DNA of 62,724 nt. Origin: an uncultured bacterium (GTDB lineage Bacteria; Arandabacterota; Arandabacteria; Arandabacterales; JALGWA01). Positions 35,557 through 42,980 of this stretch are shown here, piece after piece (position 1 is the first letter of the stretch; every line of letters begins with the position of its first letter). The stretch spans positions 1 to 62,724 of the forward strand of contig CAZSBE010000004.1 of the NCBI GenBank assembly GCA_964604955.1. Direction: 5' to 3'. Under the pieces are notes generated by a model. That model searched no databases and had not been told where the DNA came from. It saw nothing but the letters and a program-made list of their open reading frames with translations. Position numbers and translations under genes: made by a program.

Positions 35557-37012
35557 GAAGAAACTTACCGTCTGCATGATCGTGAAGAACGAAGAGGCCG
35601 ACCTGCCCCGGGCGCTCGAGAGTGTCCGGGAAATCGCGGATGAAATCGTGGTCCTGGACACGGGCTCGACCGACGGCACGAGAGAGGTGGCCGCGTCTTA
35701 TGGAGCTTCGGTGTTCGGGCACGAGTGGAAAGACGATTTCTCCGAGGCGAAGAACGCGGCTCTCGCGAAGGCCACGGGGGAGTGGGTTTTCTTCCTGGAC
35801 GCCGACGAGCGCGTCGACCCTGAATCAACCGGCAGGATAGTGTCCGCGATGTCGGGCGACGCCGACGCTTATTTCGTCAAAATCGAGAGCGAAGTCAGGT
35901 CGGGCGCCGGCAGAACGTATGTCAACCTCCACCAGCGCCTGTTCAGGAACAACAGGGGCATACGTTACGAGGGCGCGGTTCATGAGCAGGTGGACTCGTC
36001 GCTCAAGCGGATCGGCGCGAATGTCAAGCCTTCCGGGATAGTACTCAAACACACAGGCTACGGGCTCAGCCGAGATGAAATGCGGCCCAAGCTCGAGCGC
36101 AACCTCGATATACTGAACAGAATGGTCTTACAGGACCCGGACGACGCCGTGTCCCTCTTCCACCTCGGGGAAACGCTGTCGCTGCTGGGGACATACGGCG
36201 AGGCCGCCCAAGCCTATGACAGGGCGCTCGAAGCCGGGGGACTTCCCGCCGAGCTGAGGCCCGTCGCGACGCAGAACCTGGCTTCCTCCATGATAAAGCT
36301 CGGAAAGTATGAGGAGGCCATGCGGCTCCTGCGCAAGGTACAGGAGCTCGATCCCGCGATGCTGAGCGCTCACCTGCTCCTGGGTTCTGCCCTGTTTGGT
36401 CTCAAGAAGTTCGAGAGGGCCGAGAAGGAGATCCTCACGTATATCTCCAGGGCAAAGGACACGCGGAAGTCCGCCACGCCACTCCTGGGATTCGAAGCCG
36501 ACATCCCCGCTGCGCTCGTTCTCGTCGCCAAGTGCCGCCTGGCGGGCGGGGACATGGAGGGGGGCCGGGAAGCTCTCAGGGACGCGGTCGCCGTGGACGG
36601 GGACCTCCCGGACGGCCATATCCTCCTGGGGAGGCTCGCCTTCGAGAAGATGGACTTCGCCGGGGCCGTGCCGCATTTCGAAAAGGCACTCAATCTGCTG
36701 CCGCGCGAGGAACGCCTCTATTTCGAGCTCGCCAAATCGTACACAGCCGCTGGAGCATACGACAGGGCCGAGGAGACGCTGGAGCGCGCCCTCGGCAGCG
36801 ATGTCGAGAGCGCAAGCCTGCAGAGATGCCTCGGCATCGTCAGGGTGAAGCGGCGGGATTTCGCCGGGGCGATCTCGGCCTATGAGCGGGCCCATGCGCT
36901 GGAGCCGGGCGACCCCGAGGCCCCGAAAATGCTCGCCGGTCTCCACCACAAACTCGGCGACGCCGAAGCGGCTGCGGAATATCTCACAATCTGCAAACAA
37001 ACGCTAAAGTAG
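35543..37012 (+). CDS. GT2 glycosyltransferase fused to TPR repeats (GmaR-like architecture)
   Basis: 489 aa. N-terminal GT2 (LTVCMIVKNEEADLPRALESVREIADEIVVLDTGSTDGT...FFLDADERV) and C-terminal TPR repeats. The TTG start follows GGAGGAGG and overlaps the previous gene by 14 nt. Lies immediately upstream of flagellin. Confidence 0.85.
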   Translation: MNASEKKLTVCMIVKNEEADLPRALESVREIADEIVVLDTGSTDGTREVAASYGASVFGHEWKDDFSEAKNAALAKATGEWVFFLDADERVDPESTGRIVSAMSGDADAYFVKIESEVRSGAGRTYVNLHQRLFRNNRGIRYEGAVHEQVDSSLKRIGANVKPSGIVLKHTGYGLSRDEMRPKLERNLDILNRMVLQDPDDAVSLFHLGETLSLLGTYGEAAQAYDRALEAGGLPAELRPVATQNLASSMIKLGKYEEAMRLLRKVQELDPAMLSAHLLLGSALFGLKKFERAEKEILTYISRAKDTRKSATPLLGFEADIPAALVLVAKCRLAGGDMEGGREALRDAVAVDGDLPDGHILLGRLAFEKMDFAGAVPHFEKALNLLPREERLYFELAKSYTAAGAYDRAEETLERALGSDVESASLQRCLGIVRVKRRDFAGAISAYERAHALEPGDPEAPKMLAGLHHKLGDAEAAAEYLTICKQTLK

Positions 37013-37055
37013 GCAAAATCAATAAGTTGCGCCTCGAAATAACCTGAATAGCCTC

Positions 37056-37082
37056 TAAAGTTTTCCTCGTTCTGTTCGATAA
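37056..37082 (+). promoter_or_regulatory. Sigma28 (FliA) promoter of the flagellin gene
   Basis: TAAAGTTT-N11-TTCGATAA versus enterobacterial consensus TAAAGTTT-N11-GCCGATAA (14 of 16 positions). Also fits TAAA-N15-(GC)CGATAA. Lies about 220 nt upstream of the flagellin ATG. Confidence 0.6.
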
Positions 37083-37252
37083 CCCTAGAGGGAGTCAAAA
37101 CGTCGACCACCACGAAAGTGGTAAGCGTCATGGAACAATATGACTATGGAAGGGGGTGTACTATCGGTTACCGGGTACCCATACGGTACCCCGCTTCTGT
37201 TCTCTGGAACTGCCGCAGCATCAGGACCAACCACGATGGTTGGATCCGGGTT

Positions 37253-37297
37253 GGCAAGGAAGCCCCAGCGAGGTCAAGATGATCGTAAGGGGGTTTA
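37253..37297 (+). promoter_or_regulatory. Candidate CsrA-binding GGA elements in the flagellin leader (one overlapping the Shine-Dalgarno)
   Basis: GGC-AAGGAA-GCC (37253-37264) places a GGA in the loop of a short hairpin. The SD region GTAAGGGGGTT (37286-37296) lies just before the ATG at 37302. fliW-csrA are encoded 8 kb upstream. Confidence 0.3.
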
Positions 37298-37301
37298 CAA
37301 A

Positions 37302-38144
37302 ATGGCGAATGCTGACCTCTCAAGGATTAATGTAAACATAGCAGCATTGAACGCTTTGACGGCGCTGCGCGATGTCAACTCGAAGCTGGCTTTACACCAG
37401 CTCCGTCTGGCCACCGGCCAGAAGATCAACTCTGCGGCCGATGATCCGGCCGGCATGACCTTTGCCAAGAAGCTCAACGGAAGGGCAAGGGGTCTTGCCG
37501 TCGCCCGCGACAACATCGGTGACGCGACCAACCTGCTTTCAGTGGCCGAAGGTGGTATTGAGAACATCAGCGAGATTCTCATTACCATGAAGGAGAAGAT
37601 TCTCCAGGCAGCGAACGACACGCTGGGCACGTCCGAAAGGGCTGCCGTCGAGTCGCAGCTGGATGAGCTGGCCTCCGAAATCGACCAGATCGTCTCCGCG
37701 ACGACCTGGGGCGGTACCGTGCTGCTCGACGGTAACTACACCGGCAAGCAGTTCCAGGTTGGCGAGCAGGCTACCGACACCATGAGCTTCGGGATCTCGC
37801 AGAGCCACAACGCGAGCTCTCTCACTGTTGCCGACGGCGACCTCGACGTCTCGACGACCAGCGCGGCCTCAACCGCCCTGGCGAACGTAAACGCCGCCAT
37901 CAGCACACTCAACACGAGCCTGCAGTCGATAGGTTCGACTTCTGCAAGAATGGGCATCAAGGAAGCCAACATCTCGATCTCCATAACCAACGTGTGGGCT
38001 TCTTACAACAGGATTTACAATGCCGACATGGCGTCGGAGCAGATGGAGGCAACCAAATACCTTGTGTTGCAGCAGACTGCTACGGCTATGCTTGCACAGG
38101 CGAACCTGGCTCCGCAGACCATTTTGAGTCTGATACGAGGCTAA
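37302..38144 (+). CDS. fliC: Flagellin (short, about 280 aa)
   Basis: MANADLSRINVNIAALNALTALRDVNSKLALHQLRLATGQKINSAADDPAGMTFAKKL, and C-terminal ADMASEQMEATKYLVLQQTATAMLAQANLAPQTILSLIRG. AAGGGGG RBS 7 nt upstream. The tracked start at 37140 adds a non-flagellin 54 aa. Confidence 0.95.
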   Translation: MANADLSRINVNIAALNALTALRDVNSKLALHQLRLATGQKINSAADDPAGMTFAKKLNGRARGLAVARDNIGDATNLLSVAEGGIENISEILITMKEKILQAANDTLGTSERAAVESQLDELASEIDQIVSATTWGGTVLLDGNYTGKQFQVGEQATDTMSFGISQSHNASSLTVADGDLDVSTTSAASTALANVNAAISTLNTSLQSIGSTSARMGIKEANISISITNVWASYNRIYNADMASEQMEATKYLVLQQTATAMLAQANLAPQTILSLIRG

Positions 38145-38160
38145 CCAGCCTTAGGCCTCC

Positions 38161-38186
38161 GGGTGCTCCCCCACGGGGGAGCACCC
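38161..38186 (+). terminator. GC-rich hairpin after flagellin (intrinsic-terminator-like, no U-tract)
   Basis: GGGTGCTCCCCC-AC-GGGGGAGCACCC is an 11-12 bp perfect stem starting 17 nt after the flagellin stop codon. Confidence 0.5.
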
Positions 38187-38272
38187 GCCCTGATTAAGAC
38201 TGGAGCGACATGCGGGGAACGTTTTCTCCGCCTACCGGATAGGCCATCTCGGAAGAGAAGGGAGCGGGCGAG

Positions 38273-38644
38273 ATGAAGTACGACGGAGTTGATGCCTACA
38301 AGCAGGGCCAGGTCACGGGTGCCTCCCCGGGCCAGCTCGTGCTTATGCTCTATGACCACGTTATCAAATGCCTCAACGAATCAGACCAGAATGGCGCATG
38401 CAGGGGAATAGTGGAGTTGATGGGGGCCCTTGACGTCGACTACCAGGAGATTTCGGGAAGACTCTTCAGCCTATATGAATTCTGTCTTGAACAGGTCAAG
38501 AAAGGAAACACCGAGGAGGCTTGCAGGATGCTCAGCGAGATGCGGGATATGTGGGCCACGGCGCTCAACAAAATGACCGCGGAGAGCATGTCGGGCAAGC
38601 CGGATGGCGAGACCGCCAAGGAGACCACGGATGTCATTGTCTAG
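38273..38644 (+). CDS. fliS: Flagellin-specific chaperone FliS
   Basis: 123 aa. AYKQGQVTGASPGQLVLMLYDHVIKCL is the FliS N-terminal signature. Adjacent to fliD. Confidence 0.85.
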   Translation: MKYDGVDAYKQGQVTGASPGQLVLMLYDHVIKCLNESDQNGACRGIVELMGALDVDYQEISGRLFSLYEFCLEQVKKGNTEEACRMLSEMRDMWATALNKMTAESMSGKPDGETAKETTDVIV

Positions 38645-40049
38645 CATACCGACCATTTCGCTCAATGACTATCTCTCGAGCTACCTCACGTATCTGCAAG
38701 CTCCGATCACCGCGCTCGAGGAACAGAAATCGGCTCTGGAGGTGAAGCTGGCGATCTTCACCGACCTCAAGGAGAAGTTGAGAGATCTTGAGGACCTGGC
38801 GGAAGAGCTGGCGGGCACCGGGACATCGTCCAGTTTCCTGTCCAAGAGCGTCACGTCAAGCAACACGAATGTGCTGACGGCGACGGCAAGCGCATCCGCC
38901 GCCTCGGGGGGCCATACTATCTCGGTCACGCAGCTGGCCAGGGCGCATACGGTCGCGTCGGGCCGGTACGACCAGGACGCGACTGCGCTCGGCTCGACCC
39001 ACGCCGGGACGAAGACGTTTTCAATCACGATCGGCTCAGATACGTATGACGTAAGTGTTGAGATAGCGAGCGGCGACACCGATGAAGCGGTGCTGGGCGC
39101 CATTGCCGCGGCGATCAACGAAGCCAGCAACGGGGCCGTCTCCGCGTCGGTAATACTCGATACCCCGACCACCGCGAGGCTCACGATAGCCAGCGGCACG
39201 ACGGGCACAGTCGGCGCCATGTCCTTCGCGGATACCGACGGGTTGCTCGGGTCAGTCGGCGTAACGAACGCGACGGCCGCGACGGATACAGTGGGAGGAT
39301 ATATCTACGCGGACCTGGGGGCGAACGAGCTCGACGCCCTGCTCACCGTTGACGGGCTCAATGTCGTGAGCAGCAGCAACCACGTCGAGAACATGGTCAC
39401 GGGTCTCTCGATCAACCTGCTGGCCGAGCAGGAAGCCGGCGACGCGGCCGTAACGCTCACCGTCGAACTCGATGTGGAGGGGATCAAAGCGAAGATCGTG
39501 GAGTTCTTGACCGCTTACAACGATGCCTATGAATACCTCCATGCCAAAACGGCGGTGGACGGCGCGACTTATACGCGTGGTGTTCTCGCCGGCGAGTTCA
39601 GTTACATCTCACTGAGGTCCAGCCTGAGGGGGGTCATGGTCGGCTATGTTTCGGGCACCGACTCGGCCTACCAGGCGCTGAGCCAGATAGGCATCACCTC
39701 GACGAGGACCGGGACTTTCAGCATCTCGGATTCCGATGCCCTCGAAGAGGCGCTGGAGGCGGACCTCGAGGGTGTGGCTGCTCTCTTTAATTCCGAAAAC
39801 GGGATAGCGTCCGCACTCGACTCGATGATTTCACGGTACGTCTCGATTGACGGCACTATAGCCGGCAGCCGGGACGCAGTCAACGACAGGATAGACCGGA
39901 TTGAGGACAGCGTGAAGCGGCAGGAGAGGACGCTGAGCATCCGCGAAAAGGCGTTGAAAGACCAGTACTACGCCCTCCAGGAAATGCTCTATACGCTGCA
40001 GTCCTCGAACCAGATTGCGACGAGTCTCGCAGCTCTATACGGACTCTAG
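38631..40049 (+). CDS. fliD: Flagellar filament cap protein FliD
   Basis: ATG at 38631 with AAGGAG upstream; overlaps the fliS end. N-terminal coiled coil (LTYLQAPITALEEQKSALEVKLAIFTDLKEKL) and C-terminal (LKDQYYALQEMLYTLQSSNQ). Confidence 0.85.
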   Translation: MSLSSIPTISLNDYLSSYLTYLQAPITALEEQKSALEVKLAIFTDLKEKLRDLEDLAEELAGTGTSSSFLSKSVTSSNTNVLTATASASAASGGHTISVTQLARAHTVASGRYDQDATALGSTHAGTKTFSITIGSDTYDVSVEIASGDTDEAVLGAIAAAINEASNGAVSASVILDTPTTARLTIASGTTGTVGAMSFADTDGLLGSVGVTNATAATDTVGGYIYADLGANELDALLTVDGLNVVSSSNHVENMVTGLSINLLAEQEAGDAAVTLTVELDVEGIKAKIVEFLTAYNDAYEYLHAKTAVDGATYTRGVLAGEFSYISLRSSLRGVMVGYVSGTDSAYQALSQIGITSTRTGTFSISDSDALEEALEADLEGVAALFNSENGIASALDSMISRYVSIDGTIAGSRDAVNDRIDRIEDSVKRQERTLSIREKALKDQYYALQEMLYTLQSSNQIATSLAALYGL

Positions 40050-40080
40050 ACAGATATTGCGGTCAGGGGGCGTGACGATT

Positions 40081-40374
40081 TTGAAGATACCGGGTGATTT
40101 CGGAGTTGTGCCTTTCGTCGATTCGAATAGAAGAGTGACCGGGAGCGAACGCGCCGGGAAACGCCGGCGCCCCGACGTCATTGAGTTTTCCGGAAACGGC
40201 AAGAGGCTGAGCGCCGACATCACGTTAAGGAGGACCCGGGCCGCAGGGGGGAACGACGGTACCGGCATCAGTGCCCGCGCGAGGGTCGAGCAGCGGCTGG
40301 CGAGCGGATTCTACGAGAGGGACAAAGCGCTCGAGTTGATCGCCGACAAGTTGCTCGACTGGTTCGGGATATAG
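40081..40374 (+). CDS. flgM: Anti-sigma28 factor FlgM (probable)
   Basis: The TTG at 40081 (MKIPGDF...) follows AGGGGG. DVIEFSGNGKRL and the C-terminal RVEQRLASGFYERDKALELIADKLLDWF match the FlgM pattern (D.V.LS ... G.Y.VD...IADKLL). The tracked start at 40015 overlaps fliD. Confidence 0.6.
   Translation: MKIPGDFGVVPFVDSNRRVTGSERAGKRRRPDVIEFSGNGKRLSADITLRRTRAAGGNDGTGISARARVEQRLASGFYERDKALELIADKLLDWFGI
40323..40349 (+). promoter_or_regulatory. Weak sigma28-like promoter inside the 3' end of flgM, upstream of flbD-motAB
   Basis: CAAA-N15-GCCGACAA versus TAAA-N15-GCCGATAA. The -10 element matches 7 of 8 positions and the -35 element 3 of 4. Lies about 75 nt upstream of the flbD start. Confidence 0.3.
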
Positions 40375-40422
40375 GCCGGTAGCCCAGTTGCTCCGGATTT
40401 ACGGAAAAGGAGCCAGTTAAAA

Positions 40423-40635
40423 TTGATAGCCCTGACTCTGCTCAACGGCGCCTGCGTTTACGTCAACTCGAGCCTTATCGAGACGTTCGAGCGCACGCCT
40501 GACACCGTCATAACTCTCACCACCGGCAAGAAGCTGATCGTCAAGGAATCGCCCGAAGAGGTCATCGACAGGGTGGTGGAGTTTGCGTTGAAAGTATCTG
40601 ATTCCGCCCCGTGCGTCAGAGGGGGAGCGGCCTGA
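40423..40635 (+). CDS. flbD: Flagellar protein FlbD
   Basis: 70 aa. MIALTLLNGACVYVNSSLIETFERTPDTVITLTTGKKLIVKESPEEVIDRV is a clear FlbD (PF06289-type) signature. Lies upstream of motA as in Firmicutes and Spirochaetes. Confidence 0.85.
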   Translation: MIALTLLNGACVYVNSSLIETFERTPDTVITLTTGKKLIVKESPEEVIDRVVEFALKVSDSAPCVRGGAA

Positions 40636-41417
40636 TGGATATCACCACTATTGCCGGTATCGTAGCCGGTGCGGGTATTCTCTTCCTCGCCATCTTCCAG
40701 GGCGGCGGAGTCGGCACTTTCATAAACATACCCTCGCTCATGATCACGGCCGGCGGTACGCTCGCTGCAACCCTCATCAACTATCCGCTCGGCGACATCT
40801 TCAGGGTCATGATGGTCACGAAGAGCGCTTTCCTGCACAAGATGGACTCGCCCGAGAAGACCATCAAGACCCTCGTCACCTTTGCGGAAAAAGCGAGACG
40901 CGAGGGCCTGCTTGCTCTTGAGAAAGACCTGCATGGGGTGGACGACGATTTCCTCAAGGGCGGGCTTGAGCTCGCCATTGATGGCATCGATCCCGACCTT
41001 GTCGCCTCCATGCTCAGAATGGAACTCACCTTCCTGACCGAGAGGCACAAGCGCGGGCAGGGCATGTTCAAGGCAATGGGCAAGTACGCGCCCGCCTTCG
41101 GCATGCTTGGGACGCTGATCGGACTAATACAGATGCTGCGCTCCATCGAGGACCCCTCGGCGATTGGTCCCGGTATGTCCGTCGCCCTGATCACGACGTT
41201 CTACGGAACCCTGATCGCCAACCTTATCTGCCTTCCCCTGGCCGGCAAGCTGGAGATGATCTCCGAGCATGAGGTGATGGTGAAGGAGATAGTGATCGAG
41301 GGGGTCAGGTCCATACAGTCCGGCGACAGCCCGAGGGTCGTTGAGCGCAAGCTCAAGTCATTCCTGGCGCCCAAGATGAGGGAGGGGCTTGCAGCCCAGA
41401 AATCGGGGGCTCAGTAA
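40635..41417 (+). CDS. motA: Flagellar stator protein MotA
   Basis: ATG at 40635 forms a TGATG junction with the flbD stop codon. MDITTIAGIVAGAGILFLAI..., and the conserved C-terminal TM3/TM4 block (AFGMLGTLIGLIQML...GMSVALITTFYGTLIANLICLPLA). Confidence 0.9.
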   Translation: MDITTIAGIVAGAGILFLAIFQGGGVGTFINIPSLMITAGGTLAATLINYPLGDIFRVMMVTKSAFLHKMDSPEKTIKTLVTFAEKARREGLLALEKDLHGVDDDFLKGGLELAIDGIDPDLVASMLRMELTFLTERHKRGQGMFKAMGKYAPAFGMLGTLIGLIQMLRSIEDPSAIGPGMSVALITTFYGTLIANLICLPLAGKLEMISEHEVMVKEIVIEGVRSIQSGDSPRVVERKLKSFLAPKMREGLAAQKSGAQ

Positions 41418-42181
41418 TGGCGCTTGGCAGGGAACGACCACCCGATGATGGAGCCGGCTGGCTTACCACCTTCGGGGACATGGTAACTCTGCTCTTTACC
41501 TTCTTCGTGCTCGTGTACTCGTTCTCCTCGTTTGAGCCGGGCCAGTGGGAGACCGCAGTCGGAGCGGTAAGGGGGGCGATGGCGGTGGTGCCCGGGACCC
41601 TGGGTAACAGGATCGTCGCCGGCGGAGGCACCGGTCCCTTTACGGGACACACCGGTGTGTTTCCTCTCTTCGTTACCGACCTTTCCGGCAGGCAGGCGAG
41701 GCTTGCGGCGGTGCGCGAGAGGCTCAGCGAAATAGGTGTCGATGCCGCGCAAGCAGGCATGTACGAGGGCGTACAGGACGTCGAGCTGGTGGAGACCAAG
41801 TCAGGCTTCAAGTTCAGGATCTCGACCCGGCTTCTTTTCGAGAGAGGCCAGGCCGATGTCAAGAAGTCCGCATACGAACTGCTGGGCGCCATAGCGGAGG
41901 CCTCGGCCAGGGGCAAGGCTACCGTTACGGTCGCGGGGTACACGTGCGACCTCCCCATAAACACCGAGGAGTACCCTTCCAACTGGGAGCTTTCTGCCAG
42001 AAGGGCCACCAATGTACTCAAGATAATCAAGGAAAAAGCCGGGCCGGACGCCAATTTCGCGGCCCTGGCCAGGGCTGAATTCAGCCCGCTTTGCGATAAC
42101 GACACTGAAGAGCACCGGATGAAGAACCGCAGGGTAGAAGTGCTTTTCGACCTCGAGGGGGCTTTGCCTTTTGGATACTGA
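41417..42181 (+). CDS. motB: Flagellar stator protein MotB (canonical, with channel Asp)
   Basis: WLTTFGDMVTLLFTFFVLVY contains the conserved Asp (D21, codon 41477-41479). OmpA-like C-terminus (SNWELSARRATNV...NRRVEVLF). Confidence 0.9.
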   Translation: MALGRERPPDDGAGWLTTFGDMVTLLFTFFVLVYSFSSFEPGQWETAVGAVRGAMAVVPGTLGNRIVAGGGTGPFTGHTGVFPLFVTDLSGRQARLAAVRERLSEIGVDAAQAGMYEGVQDVELVETKSGFKFRISTRLLFERGQADVKKSAYELLGAIAEASARGKATVTVAGYTCDLPINTEEYPSNWELSARRATNVLKIIKEKAGPDANFAALARAEFSPLCDNDTEEHRMKNRRVEVLFDLEGALPFGY

Positions 42182-42944
42182 TGCTGAGGGTCCTGTGAGA
42201 AAGAAGGGTGGCGGCGACGATGACGACAGCGCCTTTATGATGTCGTATACCGCCCTGATGATATTGCTGCTCACGTTCATGATCGTGATGGTGACCATGT
42301 CCACGTTCAAGGAACCCAGGTTCAGGAGGGCCATAGGCTCAGTCAGAGGAGCCCTGTCGTTCCTGCCGCATGCCGGTGGAGAAGAAATGGCGATGACCGG
42401 GCATTCGGGCGTCTTGCCCGAGGAGGCCCTTGCCAAGGGACTGCGGGAGGAGAGCGTGCAAGATAAGGAGTACCGCGAAGCCGTGCAGGAGGTCAAGGGG
42501 GCGGCGGGACTGCCGGAGTTCACAGACCTTGAGGTGCTCGAGACGGATGACGGCCTGGCCATAAGAATCTGGGACGCGCTCATGTTTCCGACCGGCAACG
42601 CCGACATTCACGAGGAAGTCCTGCCGGTCCTGGACATTGTCGCCAAGATCGCCGAAATCAGGCCCGGGAAGGTCTCGGTCGTAGGGCATACATGCGATCT
42701 TCCAATATCCACGGCCGAGTACCCGTCCAACTGGGAACTCTCGATTGCGCGCGCGGTGAGCGTTGTCCATTACCTGAGCTCGAAAGGCGTACCCGCGGAC
42801 TCGCTGTTTGCCTACGGCGTGGCGGATACGAGACCGCTGGTGCCCAACATCAGTCGCGAGAACCGTGAACGCAACCGCAGAGTCGAAATATACATCAGCA
42901 ACGTTTTGAAGCGGAGGCCGGGCGAAAGCAAAGAGCCCGGATAG
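42171..42944 (+). CDS. MotB paralog lacking the conserved channel Asp (Ala at the aligned position)
   Basis: FMMSYTALMILLLTFMIVMV aligns without gaps to MotB1 through the shared post-TM motif (A.G.VRGA). Ala28 (codon 42252-42254) replaces the Asp. The OmpA-like C-terminus is intact (SNWELSIARAVSV...NRRVEIYI). An alternative GTG start lies at 42195. Confidence 0.8.
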   Translation: MDTDAEGPVRKKGGGDDDDSAFMMSYTALMILLLTFMIVMVTMSTFKEPRFRRAIGSVRGALSFLPHAGGEEMAMTGHSGVLPEEALAKGLREESVQDKEYREAVQEVKGAAGLPEFTDLEVLETDDGLAIRIWDALMFPTGNADIHEEVLPVLDIVAKIAEIRPGKVSVVGHTCDLPISTAEYPSNWELSIARAVSVVHYLSSKGVPADSLFAYGVADTRPLVPNISRENRERNRRVEIYISNVLKRRPGESKEPG

Positions 42945-42980
42945 AAATGAACCCGTCAGGGAAAAGCTGGGAGTTCCGAA

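Noticed and set aside
32182-35679. 550 aa and 419 aa minus-strand ORFs opposite the giant glycosyltransferase.
   Set aside because: The + strand frame carries clear GT2/GT4/TPR motifs along its whole length. The antisense translations are low-complexity.
37140-37301. Tracked flagellin start at 37140, which adds 54 N-terminal residues.
   Set aside because: The extension (MTMEGGVLSVTGYPYGT...) has no flagellin character and would bury the N-terminal export/polymerisation segment. ATG 37302 has an AAGGGGG RBS and gives a canonical flagellin N-terminus.
37083-37301. Possible c-di-GMP or other riboswitch in the long flagellin leader.
   Set aside because: I could not recognise conserved riboswitch cores by eye. 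The stem-loops and GGA motifs are more simply explained as CsrA-type regulation. A covariance-model scan would be needed.
40015-40080. Tracked start of the flgM-like ORF, inside fliD.
   Set aside because: It would overlap fliD by 35 nt and has no RBS. The internal TTG 40081 after AGGGGG yields a typical ~98 aa FlgM length.
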